Source: Eledone cirrhosa (Eukaryota). Taken from it: a stretch of 64,000 nt of DNA. How positions within the stretch are numbered: the first letter of the stretch is position 1; every line of letters starts with the position of its first letter. Below the pieces are notes generated by a model that was not told the DNA's origin, made no database searches, and worked only from the letters and a program-made list of their open reading frames with translations. The stretch is from contig OZ024742.1 in NCBI GenBank assembly GCA_964016885.1, forward strand, positions 365,614,001-365,678,000. Direction: 5' to 3'. A program made the translations under genes and the position numbers. This document shows, in pieces, positions 37,201-55,200 of the stretch.

Positions 37201-40200
37201 AGTAAACTATATTCCATATATTGTTGTCAGAAAACTATATTCCATATATTGTTGTCAGAAAACTATATTCCATATATTGTCAGAAAACTGTATTCCATAT
37301 AATGTTGTCAGAAAACTATATTCCATATATTGTCAGACAACTATATTCCATATATTGTTGTCAGTAAACTATATTCCATATATTGTTGTCAGAAAACTAT
37401 ATTCCATATATTGTTGTCAGAAAACTATATTCCATATATTGTCAGAAAAATATATTCTATATATTGTCAGAAAACTATATTCCATATATTGTCAGAAAAC
37501 TATATTCCATATATTGTTGTCAGTAAACTATATTCCATATATTGTTGTCAGAAAACTATATTCCATATATTGTTGTCAGTAAACTATATTCCATATATTG
37601 TCAGAAAACTATATTCCATATATTGTTGTCAGTAAACTATATTCCATATATTGTTGTCAGAAAACTATATTCCATATATTGTTGTCAGAAAACTATATTC
37701 CATATATTGTCAGAAAACTGTATTCCATATAATGTTGTCAGAAAACTATATTCCATATATTGTCAGACAACTATATTCCATATATTGTTGTCAGTAAACT
37801 ATATTCCATATATTGTTGTCAGAAAACTATATTCCATATATTGTTGTCAGAAAACTATATTCCATATATTGTCAGAAAAATATATTCTATATATTGTCAG
37901 AAAACAATATTCCATATATTGTTGTCAGTAAACTATATTCCATATATTGTTGTCAGAAAACTATATTCCATATATTGTTGTCAGTAAACTATATTCCATA
38001 TATTGTTGTCAGAAAACTATATTCCATATATTGTCAGAAAACTGTATTCCATATAATGTTGTCAGAAAACTATATTCCATATATTGTCAGAAAACTATAT
38101 TCCATATATTGTTGTCAGTAAAATATATTCCATATATTGTTGTCAGAAAACTATATTCCATATATTGTTGTTAGAAAACTATATTCCATATATTGTCAGA
38201 AAAATATATTCTATATATTGTCAGAAAACTATATTCCATATATTGTCAGAAAACTATATTCCATATATTGTTGTCAGAAAACTATATTCCATATATTGTT
38301 GTCAGTAAACTATATTCCATATATTGTCAGAAAACTATATTCCACATATTGTTGTCAGTAAACTATATTCCATATATTGTCAGAAAACTATATTCCATAT
38401 ATTGTTGTCAGAAAACTATATTTCGTATAGTGTCAGAAAACTATATTCCATATATTGTCAGAAAACTATATTCCATATATTGTTGTCAGAAAACTATATT
38501 CCATATATTGTTGTCAGAAAACTATATTCCATATATTGTCAGAAAACTATATTCCATATATTGTCAGAGAACTATATTCCATATATTGTTATCAGAAAAC
38601 TATATTCCATATATTGTCAGAAAACTATATTCCATATATTGTTGTCAGAAAACTATATTTCATATAGTGTCAGAAAACTATATTCCATATATTGTCAGAA
38701 AACTATATTCCATATATTGTTGTCAGAAAACTATATTCCATATATTGTTGTCAGAAAACTATATTCCATATATTGTCAGAAAACTATATTCCATATATTG
38801 TCAGAAAACTATATTCCATATATTGTTGTCAGTAAACTATATTCCATATATTGTCAGAAAACTATATTCCATATATTGTTGTCAGAAAACTATATTCCAT
38901 ATATTGTCAGAAAACTATATTCCATATATTGTTGTCAGAAAACTATATTCCATATATTGTTGTCAGAAAAATATATTCCATATATTGTTGTCAGAAAACT
39001 ATATTCCATATATTGTCAGAAAACTATATTCCATATATTGTTGTCAGTAAACTATATTCCATATATTGTCAGAAAACTATATTCCATATATTGTTGTCAG
39101 AAAACTATATTCCATATATTGTCAGAAAACTATATTCCATATATTGTCAGAAAACTATATTCCATATATTGTTGTCAGAAAACTATATTCCATATATTGT
39201 CAGAAAACTATATTCCATATATTGTTGTCAGAAAACTATATTTCATATATTGTCAGAAAACTATATTCCATATATTGTCAGAAAACTATATTCCATATAT
39301 TGTTGTCAGTAAACTATATTCCATATATTGTCAGAAAACTATATTCCATATATTGTTGTCAGAAAACTATATTCCATATATTGTCAGAAAACTATATTCC
39401 ATATATTGTTGTGAGAAAACTATATTCCATATATTGTCAGAAAACTATATTCCATATATTGTCAGGAAACTGTATTCCATATATTGTTGTCTGAAAACTA
39501 TATTCCATATATTGTCAGACAACTATATTCCATATATTGTTGTCAGTAAACTATATTCCATATATTGTTGTCAGTAAACTATATTCCATATATTGTCAGA
39601 AAACTATATTCCATATATTGTTGTCAGAAAACTATATTCCATATATTGTCAGAAAACTATATTCCATATATTGTTGTCAGAAAACTATATTCCATATATT
39701 GTCAGAAAACTATATTCCATATATTGTTGTCAGAAAACTATATTCCATATATTGTTGTCAGAAAAGTATATTCCATATATTGTTGTCAGTAAACTATATT
39801 CCATATATTGTTGTCAGTAAACTATATTCCATATATTGTCAGAAAACTATATTCCATATATTGTTGTCAGAAAACTATATGCCATATATTGTTGTCAGTA
39901 AACTATATTCCATATATTGTCAGAAAACTATATTCCATATATTGTTGTCAGAAAACTATATTCCATATATTGTCAGAAAACTATATTCCATATATTGTTG
40001 TCAGAAAACTATATTCCATATATTGTCAGAAAACTATATTCCATATATTGTTGTCAGAAAACTATATTCCATATATTGTTGTCACAAAACTATATTCCAT
40101 ATATTGTTGTCAGTAAACTATATTCCATATATTGTTGTCAGTAAACTATATTCCATATATTGTCAGAAAACTATATTCCATATATTGTTGTCAGAAAACT

Positions 40201-43200
40201 ATATTCCATATATTGTCAGAAAACTATATTCCATATATTGTTGTCAGAAAACTATATTTCATATATTGTTGTCAGAAAACTATATTCCATATATTGTTGT
40301 CAGTAAACTATATTCCATATATTGTCAGAAAACTATATTCCATATATTGTTGTCAGAAAACTATATGCCATATATTGTCAGAAAACTATGTTCCATATAT
40401 TGTCAGAAAAATATATTCCATATATTGTTATCAGAAAACTATATTCCATATATTGTCAGAAAACTATATTCCATATATTGTCAGAAAACTATATTCCATA
40501 TATTGTCAGAAAACTATATTCCATATATTGTTATCAGAAAACTATATTCCATATATTGTCAGAAAACTATATTCCATATATTGTTGTCAGAAAACTATAT
40601 TTCATATAGTGTCAGAAAACTATATTCCATATATTGTCAGAAAACTATATTCCATATATTGTTGTCAGAAAACTATATTCCATATATTGTTGTCAGAAAA
40701 CTATATTCCATATATTGTCAGAAAACTATATTCCATATATTGTTGTCAGTAAACTATATTCCATATATTGTCAGAAAACTATATTCCATATATTGTTGTC
40801 AGAAAACTATATTCCATATATTGTCAGAAAACTATATTCCATATATTGTTGTCAGAAAAGTATATTCCATATATTGTTGTCAGAAAAATATATTCCATAT
40901 ATTGTCAGAAAACTATATTCCATATATTGTTGTCAGAAAACTATATTCCATATATTGTCAGAAAACTATATTCCATATATTGTTGTCAGAAAACTATATT
41001 CCATATATTGTTGTCAGAAAACTATATTCCATATATTGTTGTCAGTAAACTATATTCCATATATTGTTGTCAGTAAACTATATTCCATATATTGTCAGAA
41101 AACTATATTCCATATATTGTTGTCAGAAAACTATATGCCATATATTGTTGTCAGTAAACTATATTCCATATATTGTCAGAAAACTATATTCCATATATTG
41201 TTGTCAGAAAACTATATTCCATATATTGTCAGAAAACTATATTCCATATATTGTTGTCAGAAAACTATATTCCATATATTGTCAGAAAACTATATTCCAT
41301 ATATTGTTGTCAGAAAACTATATTCCATATATTGTTGTCAAAAAACTATATTCCATATATTGTTCTCAGAAAACTATATTCCATATATTGTTCTCAGAAA
41401 ACTATATTCCATATATTGTTCTCAGAAAACTATATTCCATATATTGTCGTCAGAAAACTATATTCCATATATTGTCAGAAAAGTATATTCCATATATTGT
41501 CAGAAAACTATATTCCATATATTGTCAGAAAACTATATTCAATATATTGTTATCAGAAAACTATATTCCATATATTGTTGTCAGTAAACTAAATTCCATA
41601 TATTGTCAGAAAACTATATTCCATATATTGTTGTCAGAAAACTATATTCCATATATTATCAGAAAACTATATTCCATATATTGTCAGAAAACTATATTCC
41701 ATATATTGACAGAAAACTGTATTCCATATATTGTTGTCAGAAAACTATATTCCATATATTGTCAGAAAACTATATTCCATATATTGTTGTCAGAAAACTA
41801 TATTCCATATATTGTCAGAAAACTATATTCCATATATGGTCAGAAAACTATATTACATATATTGTTGTCAGAAAACTATATTCCATATATTGTCAGAAAA
41901 CTATATTCCATATATTGTTGTCAGAAAACTATATTCCATATATTGTTGTCAGGAAACTATATTCCATATATTGTCAGACAACTATATTCCATATATTGTT
42001 GTCAGAAAACTATATTCCATATATTGTCAGAAAACTATATTCCATATATTGTTGTCAGGAAACTATATTCCATATATTGTCAGACAACTATATTCCATAT
42101 ATTGTTGTCAGAAAACTATATTCCATATATTGTTGTCAGAAAACTATATTCCATATATTGTCAGAAATCTATATTCCATATATTGTTGTCAGTAAATTAT
42201 ATTCCATATATTGTCAGAAAACTATATTCCATATATTGTTGTCAGAAAACTATATTCCATATATTGTCAGAAATCTATATTCCATATATTGTTGTCAGTA
42301 AATTATATTCCATATATTGTCAGAAAACTATATTCCATATATTGTTGTCAGAAAACTATATTCCATATATTATTGTCAGAAAACTATATTCCATATATTG
42401 TCAGAAAACTGTATTCCATATATTGTTGTCTGAAAACTATATTCCATATATTGCCAGACAACTATATTCCATATATTGTTGTCAGTAAACTATATTCCAT
42501 ATATTGTTGTCAGAAAACTATATTCCATATATTGTCAGAAAACTATATTCCATATATTGTCAGAAAACTATATTCCATATATTGTCAGAAAACTATATTC
42601 CATATATTGTTGTCATAAAACTATATTCCATATATTGTCAGAAAACTATATTCCATATACTGTTGTCAGAAAACTATATTCCATATATTGTCAGAAAACT
42701 ATATTCCATATATTGTCAGAAAACTATATTCCATATATTGATGTCTGAAAACTATATTCCATATATTGTCAGAAAACTATATTCCATATATTGTTGTCAG
42801 AAAACTATATTCCATATATTGTTGTGAGAAAACTATATTCCATATATTGTCAGAAAACTATATTCCATATATTGTCAGGAAACTGTATTCCATATATTGT
42901 TGTCTGAAAACTATATTCCATATATTGTCAGACAACTATATTCCATATATTGTCAGAAAACTATATTCCATATATTGTTGTCAGAAAACTATATTCCATA
43001 TATTGTCAGAAAACTATATTCCATATATTGTTGTCAGAAAACTATATTCCATATATTGTCAGAAAACTATATTCCATATATTGTTGTCAGAAAACTATAT
43101 TCCATATATTGTTGTCAGAAAAGTATATTCCATATATTGTTGTCAGTAAACTATATTCCATATATTGTTGTCAGTAAACTATATTCCATATATTGTCAGA

Positions 43201-46200
43201 AAACTATATTCCATATATTGTTGTCAGAAAACTATATGCCATATATTGTTGTCAGTAAACTATATTCCATATATTGTCAGAAAACTATATTCCATATATT
43301 GTTGTCAGAAAACTATATTCCATATATTGTCAGAAAACTATATTCCATATATTGTTGTCAGAAAACTATATTCCATATATTGTCAGAAAACTATATTCCA
43401 TATATTGTTGTCAGAAAACTATATTCCATATATTGTTGTCAGAAAACTATATTCCATATATTGTTGTCAGTAAACTATATTCCATATATTGTTGTCAGTA
43501 AACTATATTCCATATATTGTCAGAAAACTATATTCCATATATTGTTGTCAGAAAACTATATTCCATATATTGTCAGAAAACTATATTCCATATATTGTTG
43601 TCAGAAAACTATATTCCATATATTGTTGTCAGAAAACTATATTCCATATATTGTTGTCAGTAAACTATATTCCATATATTGTCAGAAAACTATATTCCAT
43701 ATATTGTTGTCAGAAAACTATATGCCATATATTGTCAGAAAACTATGTTCCATATATTGTCAGAAAAATATATTCCATATATTGTTATCAGAAAACTATA
43801 TTCCATATATTGTCAGAAAACTATATTCCATATATTGTCAGAAAACTATATTCCATATATTGTCAGAAAACTATATTCCATATATTGTTATCAGAAAACT
43901 ATATTCCATATATTGTCAGAAAACTATATTCCATATATTGTTGTCAGAAAACTATATTTCATATAGTGTCAGAAAACTATATTCCATATATTGTCAGAAA
44001 ACTATATTCCATATATTGTTGTCAGAAAACTATATTCCATATATTGTTGTCAGAAAACTATATTCCATATATTGTCAGAAAACTATATTCCATATATTGT
44101 TGTCAGTAAACTATATTCCATATATTGTCAGAAAACTATATTCCATATATTGTTGTCAGAAAACTATATTCCATATATTGTCAGAAAACTATATTCCATA
44201 TATTGTTGTCAGAAAACTATATTCCATATATTGTTGTCAGAAAAATATATTCCATATATTGTCAGAAAACTATATTCCATATATTGTTGTCAGAAAACTA
44301 TATTCCATATATTGTCAGAAAACTATATTCCATATATTGTTGTCAGAAAACTATATTCCATATATTGTTGTCAGAAAACTATATTCCATATATTGTTGTC
44401 AGTAAACTATATTCCATATATTGTTGTCAGTAAACTATATTCCATATATTGTCAGAAAACTATATTCCATATATTGTTGTCAGAAAACTATATGCCATAT
44501 ATTGTTGTCAGTAAACTATATTCCATATATTGTCAGAAAACTATATTCCATATATTGTTGTCAGAAAACTATATTCCATATATTGTCAGAAAACTATATT
44601 CCATATATTGTTGTCAGAAAACTATATTCCATATATTGTCAGAAAACTATATTCCATATATTGTTGTCAGAAAACTATATTCCATATATTGTTGTCAAAA
44701 AACTATATTCCATATATTTTTCTCAGAAAACTATATTCCATATATTGTTCTCAGAAAACTATATTCCATATATTGTTCTCAGAAAACTGTTCCATATATT
44801 GTCGTCAGAAAACTATATTCCATATATTGTCAGAAAAGTATATTCCATATATTGTCAGAAAACTATATTCCATATATTGTCAGAAAACTATATTCAATAT
44901 ATTGTTATCAGAAAACTATATTCCATATATTGTTGTCAGTAAACTAAATTCCATATATTGTCAGAAAACTATATTCCATATATTGTTGTCAGAAAACTAT
45001 ATTCCATATATTATCAGAAAACTATATTCCATATATTGTCAGAAAACTATATTCCATATATTGACAGAAAACTATATTCCATATATTGTTGTCAGAAAAC
45101 TATATTCCATATATTGTCAGAAAACTATATTCCATATATTGTTGTCAGAAAACTATATTCCATATATTGTCAGAAAACTATATTCCATATATTGTCAGAA
45201 AACTATATTCCATATATTGTCAGAAAACTATATTCCATATATTGATGTCTGAAAACTATATTATATATTGTCAGAAAACTATATTCCATATATTGTTGTC
45301 AGAAAACTATATTCCATATATTGTCAGAAAACTATATTCCATATATTGTTGTCAGAAAACTATATTCCATATATTGTTGTCAGGAAACTATATTCCATAT
45401 ATTGTCAGACAACTATATTCCATATATTGTTGTCAGAAAACTATATTCCATATATTGTCAGAAAACTATATTCCATATATTGTTGTCAGGAAACTATATT
45501 CCATATATTGTCAGACAACTATATTCCATATATTGTTGTCAGAAAACTATATTCCATATATTGTTGTCAGAAAACTATATTCCATATATTGTCAGAAATC
45601 TATATTCCATATATTGTTGTCAGTAAATTATATTCCATATATTGTCAGAAAACTATATTCCATATATTGTTGTCAGAAAACTATATTCCATATATTGTCA
45701 GAAATCTATATTCCATATATTGTTGTCAGTAAATTATATTCCATATATTGTCAGAAAACTATATTCCATATATTGTTGTCAGAAAACTATATTCCATATA
45801 TTATTGTCAGAAAACTATATTCCATATATTGTCAGAAAACTGTATTCCATATATTGTTGTCTGAAAACTATATTCCATATATTGTCAGACAACTATATTC
45901 CATATATTGTTGTCAGTAAACCATATTCCATATATTGTTGTCAGAAAACTATATTCCATATATTGTCAGAAAACTATATTCCATATATTGTCAGAAAACT
46001 ATATTCCATATATTGTCAGAAAACTATATTCCATATATTGTTGTCATAAAACTATATTCCATATATTGTCAGAAAACTATATTCCATATACTGTTGTCAG
46101 AAAACTATATTCCATATATTGTCAGAAAACTATATTCCATATATTGTCAGAAAACTATATTCCATATATTGTTGTCAGAAAACTATATTCCATATATTGT

Positions 46201-49200
46201 TGTCAGTAAACTATATTCCATATATTGTTGTCAGTAAACTATATTCCATATATTGTCAGAAAACTATATTCAATATATTGTTGTCAGAAAACTATATGCC
46301 ATATATTGTTGTCAGTAAACTATATTCCATATATTGTCAGAAAACTATATTCCATATATTGTTGTCAGAAAACTATATTCCATATATTGTCAGAAAACTA
46401 TATTCCATATATTGTTGTCAGAAAACTATATTCCATATATTGTCAGAAAACTATATTCCATATATTGTTGTCAGAAAACTATATTCCATATATTGTTGTC
46501 AAAAAACTATATTCCATATATTGTTCTCAGAAAACTATATTCCATATATTGTTCTCAGAAAACTATATTCCATTTATTGTTCTCAGAAAACTGTTCCATA
46601 TATTGTCGTCAGAAAACTATATTCCATATATTGTCAGAAAAGTATATTCCATATATTGTCAGAAAACTATATTCCATATATTGTCAGAAAACTATATTCA
46701 ATATATTGTTATCAGAAAACTATATTCCATATATTGTTGTCAGTAAACTAAATTCCATATATTGTCAGAAAACTATATTCCATATATTGTTGTCAGAAAA
46801 CTATATTCCATATATTATCAGAAAACTATATTCCATATATTGTCAGAAAACTATATTCCATATATTGACAGAAAACTATATTCCATATATTGTTGTCAGA
46901 AAACTATATTCCATATATTGTCAGAAAACTATATTCCATATATTGTTGTCAGAAAACTATATTCCATATATTGTCAGAAAACTATATTCCATATATTGTC
47001 AGAAAACTATATTCCATATATTGATGTCTGAAAACTATATTCCATATATTGTCAGAAAACTATATTCCATATATTGTTGTCAGAAAACTATATTCCATAT
47101 ATTGTCAGAAAACTATATTCCATATATTGTTGTCAGAAAACTATATTCCATATATTGTTGTCAGGAAACTATATTCCATATATTGTCAGACAACTATATT
47201 CCATATATTGTTGTCAGAAAACTATATTCCATATATTGTCAGAAAACTATATTCCATATATTGTTGTCAGGAAACTATATTCCATATATTGTCAGACAAC
47301 TATATTCCATATATTGTTGGCAGAAAACTATATTCCATATATTGTTGTCAGAAAACTATATTCCATATATTGTCAGAAATCTATATTCCATATATTGTTG
47401 TCAGTAAATTATATTCCATATATTGTCAGAAAACTATATTCCATATATTGTTGTCAGAAAACTATATTCCATATATTGTCAGAAATCTATATTCCATATA
47501 TTGTTGTCAGTAAATTATATTCCATATATTGTCAGAAAACTATATTCCATATATTGTTGTCAGAAAACTATATTCCATATATTATTGTCAGAAAACTATA
47601 TTCCATATATTGTCAGAAAACTGTATTCCATATATTGTTGTCTGAAAACTATATTCCATATATTGTCAGACAACTATATTCCATATATTGTTGTCAGTAA
47701 ACTATATTCCATATATTGTTGTCAGAAAACTATATTCCATATATTGTCAGAAAACTATATTCCCTATATTGTCAGAAAACTATATTCCATATATTGTCAG
47801 AAAACTATATTCCATATATTGTTGTCATAAAACTATATTCCATATATTGTCAGAAAACTATATTCCATATACTGTTGTCAGAAAACTATATTCCATATAT
47901 TGTCAGAAAACTATATTCCATATATTGTCAGAAAACTATATTCCATATATTGATGTCTGAAAACTATATTCCATATATTGTCAGAAAACTATATTCCATA
48001 TATTGTTGTCAGAAAACTATATTCCATATATTGTCAGAAAACTATATTCCATATATTGTCAGGAAACTATATTCCATATATTGTCAGAAAACTATATTCC
48101 ATATATTGTTGTCAGAAAACTATATTCCATATATTGTCAGAAAACTATATGCCATATATTGATATCTGAAAACTATATTCCATATATTGTCAGAAAACTA
48201 TATTCCATATATTGTTGTCAGAAAACTATATTCCATATATTGTTGTCAGTAAACTATATTCCATATATTGTTGTCAGAAAACTATATTCCATATATTGTT
48301 GTCAGAAAACTATATTCCATATATTGTTGTCAGTAAACTATATTCCATATATTGTCAGAAAACTATATTCCATATATTGTTGTCAGTAAACTATATTCCA
48401 TATATTGTCAGAAAACTATATTCCATATATTGTTGTCAGTAAACTATATTCCATATACTGTCAGAAATCTATATTCCATATATTGTTGTCAGTAAACTAT
48501 ATTCCATATATTGTCAGAAAACTATTTTCCATATATTGTCAGAAAACTATATTCCATATATTGTCAGAAAACTATATTCCATATATTGTTGTCAGAAAAA
48601 TATATTCCATATGTTGTCAGAAAACTATATTCCATATATTGTTGTCAGTAAACTATATTCCATATATTGTTGTCAGAAAACTATATTCCATATATTGTTG
48701 TCAGAAAACTATATTCCATATATTGTCAGAAAACTGTATTCCATATAATGTTGTCAGAAAACTATATTCCATATATTGTCAGACAACTATATTCCATATA
48801 TTGTTGTCAGTAAACTATATTCCATATATTGTTGTCAGAAAGCTATATTCCATATATTGTTGTCAGAAAACTATATTCCATATATTGTCAGAAAAATATA
48901 TTCTATATATTGTCAGAAAACTATATTCCATATATTGTCAGAAAACTATATTCCATATATTGTTGTCAGTAAACTATATTCCATATATTGTTGTCAGAAA
49001 ACTATATTCCATATATTGTTGTCAGTAAACTATATTCCATATATTGTCAGAAAACTATATTCCATATATTGTTGTCAGTAAACTATATTCCATATATTGT
49101 TGTCAGAAAACTATATTCCATATATTGTTGTCAGAAAACTATATTCCATATATTGTCAGAAAACTGTATTCCATATAATGTTGTCAGAAAACTATATTCC

Positions 49201-52200
49201 ATATATTGTCAGACAACTATATTCCATATATTGTTGTCAGTAAACTATATTCCATATATTGTTGTCAGAAAACTATATTCCATATATTGTTGTCAGAAAA
49301 CTATATTCCATATATTGTCAGAAAAATATATTCTATATATTGTCAGAAAACTATATTCCATATATTGTTGTCAGTAAACTATATTCCATATATTGTTGTC
49401 AGAAAACTATATTCCATATATTGTTGTCAGTAAACTATATTCCATATATTGTTGTCAGAAAACTATATTCCATATATTGTCAGAAAACTGTATTCCATAT
49501 AATGTTGTCAGAAAACTATATTACATATATTGTCAGAAAACTATATTCCATATATTGTTGTCAGTAAACTATATTCCATATATTGTTGTCAGAAAACTAT
49601 ATTCCATATATTGTTGTTAGAAAACTATATTCCATATATTATCAGAAAAATATATTCTATATATTGTCAGAAAACTATATTCCATATATTGTCAGAAAAC
49701 TATATTCCATATATTGTTGTCAGTAAACTATATTCCATATATTGTTGTCAGAAAACTATATTCCATATATTGTTGTCAGAAAACTATATTCCATATATTG
49801 TTGTCAGTAAACTATATTCCATATATTGTCAGAAAACTATATTCCACATATTGTTGTCAGTAAACTATATTCCATATATTGTCAGAAAACTATATTCCAT
49901 ATATTGTTGTCAGAAAACTATATTTCGTATAGTGTCAGAAAACTATATTCCATATATTGTCAGAAAACTATATTCCATATATTGTTATCAGAAAACTATA
50001 TTCCATATATTGTCAGAAAACTATATTCCATATATTGTTGTCAGAAAACTATATTTCATATAGTGTCAGAAAACTATATTCCATATATTGTCAGAAAACT
50101 ATATTCCATATATTGTTGTCAGAAAACTATATTCCATATATTTTTGTCAGAAAACTATATTCCATATATTGTCAGAAAACTATATTCCATATATTGTCAG
50201 AAAACTATATTCCATATATTGTTGTCAGTAAACTATATTCCATATATTGTCAGAAAACTATATTCCATATATTGTTGTCAGAAAACTATATTCCATATAT
50301 TGTCAGAAAACTATATTCCATATATTGTTGTCAGAAAACTATATTCCATATATTGTTGTCAGAAAAATATATTCCATATATTGTTGTCAGAAAACTATAT
50401 TCCATATATTGTCAGAAAACTATATTCCATATATTGTTGTCAGTAAACTATATTCCATATATTGTCAGAAAACTATATTCCATATATTGTTGTCAGAAAA
50501 CTATATTCCATATATTGTCAGAAAACTATATTCCATATATTGTCAGAAAACTATATTCCATATATTGTTGTCAGAAAACTATATTCCATATATTGTCAGA
50601 AAACTATATTCCATATATTGTTGTCAGAAAACTATATTTCATATATTGTCAGAAAACTATATTCCATATATTGTCAGAAAACTATATTCCATATATTGTT
50701 GTCAGTAAACTATATTCCATATATTGTCAGAAAACTATATTCCATATATTGTTGTCAGAAAACTATATTCCATATATTGTCAGAAAACTATATTCCATAT
50801 ATTGTTGTGAGAAAACTATATTCCATATATTGTCAGAAAACTATATTCCATATATTGTCAGGAAACTGTATTCCATATATTGTTGTCTGAAAACTATATT
50901 CCATATATTGTCAGACAAATATATTCCATATATTGTTGTCAGTAAACTATATTCCATATATTGTTGTCAGTAAACTATATTCCATATATTGTCAGAAAAC
51001 TATATTCCATATATTGTTGTCAGAAAACTATATTCCATATATTGTCAGAAAACTATATTCCATATATTGTTGTCAGAAAACTATATTCCATATATTGTCA
51101 GAAAACTATATTCCATATATTGTTGTCAGAAAACTATATTCCATATATTGTTGTCAGAAAAGTATATTCCATATATTGTTGTCAGTAAACTATATTCCAT
51201 ATATTGTTGTCAGTAAACTATATTCCATATATTGTCAGAAAACTTTATTCCATATATTGTTGTCAGAAAACTATATGCCATATATTGTTGTCAGTAAACT
51301 ATATTCCATATATTGTCAGAAAACTATATTCCATATATTGTTGTCAGAAAACTATATTCCATATATTGTCAGAAAACTATATTCCATATATTGTTGTGAG
51401 AAAACTATATTCCATATATTGTCAGAAAACTATATTCCATATATTGTCAGGAAACTGTATTCCATATATTGTTGTCTGAAAACTATATTCCATATATTGT
51501 CAGACAACTATATTCCATATATTGTTGTCAGTAAACTATATTCCATATATTGTTGTCAGTAAACTATATTCCATATATTGTCAGAAAACTATATTCCATA
51601 TATTGTTGTCAGAAAACTATATTCCATATATTGTCAGAAAACTATATTCCATATATTGTTGTCAGAAAACTATATTCCATATATTGTCAGAAAACTATAT
51701 TCCATATATTGTTGTTAGAAAACTATATTCCATATATTGTTGTCAGAAAAGTATATTCCATATATTGTTGTCAGTAAACTATATTCCATATATTGTTGTC
51801 AGTAAACTATATTCCATATATTGTCAGAAAACTATATTCCATATATTGTTGTCAGAAAACTATATGCCATATATTGTTGTCAGTAAACTATATTCCATAT
51901 ATTGTCAGAAAACTATATTCCATATATTGTTGTCAGAAAACTATATTCCATATATTGTCAGAAAACTATATTCCATATATTGTTGTCAGAAAACTATATT
52001 CCATATATTGTTGTCAGAAAACTATATTCCATATATTGTTGTCAGTAAACTATATTCCATATATTGTCAGAAAACTATATTCCATATATTGTTGTCAGAA
52101 AACTATATGCCATATATTGTCAGAAAACTATGTTCCATATATTGTCAGAAAAATATATTCCATATATTGTTATCAGAAAACTATATTCCATATATTGTCA

Positions 52201-55200
52201 GAAAACTATATTCCATATATTGTCAGAAAACTATATTCCATATATTGTCAGAAAACTATATTCCATATATTGTTATCAGAAAACTATATTCCATATATTG
52301 TCAGAAAACTATATTCCATATATTGTTGTCAGAAAACTATATTTCATATAGTGTCAGAAAACTATATTCCATATATTGTCAGAAAACTATATTCCATATA
52401 TTGTTGTCAGAAAACTATATTCCATATATTGTTGTCAGAAAACTATATTCCATATATTGTCAGAAAACTATATTCCATATATTGTTGTCAGTAAACTATA
52501 TTCCATATATTGTCAGAAAACTATATTCCATATATTGTTGTCAGAAAACTATATTCCATATATTGTCAGAAAACTATATTCCATATATTGTTGTCAGAAA
52601 ACTATATTCCATATATTGTTGTCAGAAAAATATATTCCATATATTGTCAGAAAACTATATTCCATATATTGTTGTCAGAAAACTATATTCCATATATTGT
52701 CAGAAAACTATATTCCATATATTGTTGTCAGAAAACTATATTCCATATATTGTTGTCAGAAAACTATATTCCATATATTGTTGTCAGTAAACTATATTCC
52801 ATATATTGTTGTCAGTAAACTATATTCCATATATTGTCAGAAAACTATATTCCATATATTGTTGTCAGAAAACTATATGCCATATATTGTTGTCAGTAAA
52901 CTATATTCCATATATTGTCAGAAAACTATATTCCATATATTGTTGTCAGAAAACTATATTCCATATATTGTCAGAAAACTATATTCCATATATTGTTGTC
53001 AGAAAACTATATTCCATATATTGTCAGAAAACTATATTCCATATATTGTTGTCAGAAAACTATATTCCATATATTGTTGTCAGAAAACTATATTCCATAT
53101 ATTGTTGTCAGTAAACTATATTCCATATATTGTTGTCAGTAAACTATATTCCATATATTGTCAGAAAACTATATTCCATATATTGTTGTCAGAAAACTAT
53201 ATTCCATATATTGTCAGAAAACTATATTCCATATATTGTTGTCAGAAAACTATATTCCATATATTGTTGTCAGAAAACTATATTCCATATATTGTTGTCA
53301 GTAAACTATATTCCATATATTGTCAGAAAACTATATTCCATATATTGTTGTCAGAAAACTATATTCCATATATTGTCAGAAAACTATATTCCATATATTG
53401 TCAGAAAAATATATTCCATATATTGTTATCAGAAAACTATATTCCATATATTGTCAGAAAACTATATTCCATATATTGTCAGAAAACTATATTCCATATA
53501 TTGTCAGAAAACTATATTCCATATATTGTTATCAGAAAACTATATTCCATATATTGTCAGAAAACTATATTCCATATATTGTTGTCAGAAAACTATATTT
53601 CATATAGTGTCAGAAAACTATATTCCATATATTGTCAGAAAACTATATTCCATATATTGTTGTCAAAAAACTATATTCCATATATTGTTGTCAGAAAACT
53701 ATATTCCATATATTGTCAGAAAACTATTTTCCATATATTGTCAGAAAACTATATTCCATATATTGTCAGAAAACTATATTCCATATATTGTTGTCAGAAA
53801 AATATATTCCATATGTTGTCAGAAAACTATATTCCATATATTGTTGTCAGTAAACTATATTCCATATATTGTTGTCAGAAAACTATATTCCATATATTGT
53901 TGTCAGAAAACTATATTCCATATATTGTCAGAAAACTGTATTCCATATAATGTTGTCAGAAAACTATATTCCATATATTGTCAGACAACTATATTCCATA
54001 TATTGTTGTCAGTAAACTATATTCCATATATTGTTGTCAGAAAACTATATTCCATATATTGTTGTCAGAAAACTATATTCCATATATTGTCAGAAAAATA
54101 TATTCTATATATTGTCAGAAAACTATATTCCATATATTGTCAGAAAACTATATTCCATATATTGTTGTCAGTAAACTATATTCCATATATTGTTGTCAGA
54201 AAACTATATTCCATATATTGTTGTCAGTAAACTATATTCCATATATTGTCAGAAAACTATATTCCATATATTGTTGTCAGTAAACTATATTCCATATATT
54301 GTTGTCAGAAAACTATATTCCATATATTGTTGTCAGAAAACTATATTCCATATATTGTCAGAAAACTGTATTCCATATAATGTTGTCAGAAAACTATATT
54401 CCATATATTGTCAGACAACTATATTCCATATATTGTTGTCAGTAAACTATATTCCATATATTGTTGTCAGAAAACTATATTCCATATATTGTTGTCAGAA
54501 AACTATATTCCATATATTGTCAGAAAAATATATTCTATATATTGTCAGAAAACTATATTCCATATATTGTTGTCAGTAAACTATATTCCATATATTGTTG
54601 TCAGAAAACTATATTCCATATATTGTTGTCAGTAAACTATATTCCATATATTGTTGTCAGAAAACTATATTCCATATATTGTCAGAAAACTGTATTCCAT
54701 ATAATGTTGTCAGAAAACTATATTACATATATTGTCAGAAAACTATATTCCATATATTGTTGTCAGTAAACTATATTCCATATATTGTTGTCAGAAAACT
54801 ATATTCCATATATTGTTGTTAGAAAACTATATTCCATATATTATCAGAAAAATATATTCTATATATTGTCAGAAAACTATATTCCATATATTGTCAGAAA
54901 ACTATATTCCATATATTGTTGTCAGTAAACTATATTCCATATATTGTTGTCAGAAAACTATATTCCATATATTGTTGTCAGAAAACTATATTCCATATAT
55001 TGTTGTCAGTAAACTATATTCCATATATTGTCAGAAAACTATATTCCACATATTGTTGTCAGTAAACTATATTCCATATATTGTCAGAAAACTAAATTCC
55101 ATATATTGTTGTCAGAAAACTATATTTCGTATAGTGTCAGAAAACTATATTCCATATATTGTCAGAAAACTATATTCCATATATTGTTGTCAGAAAACTA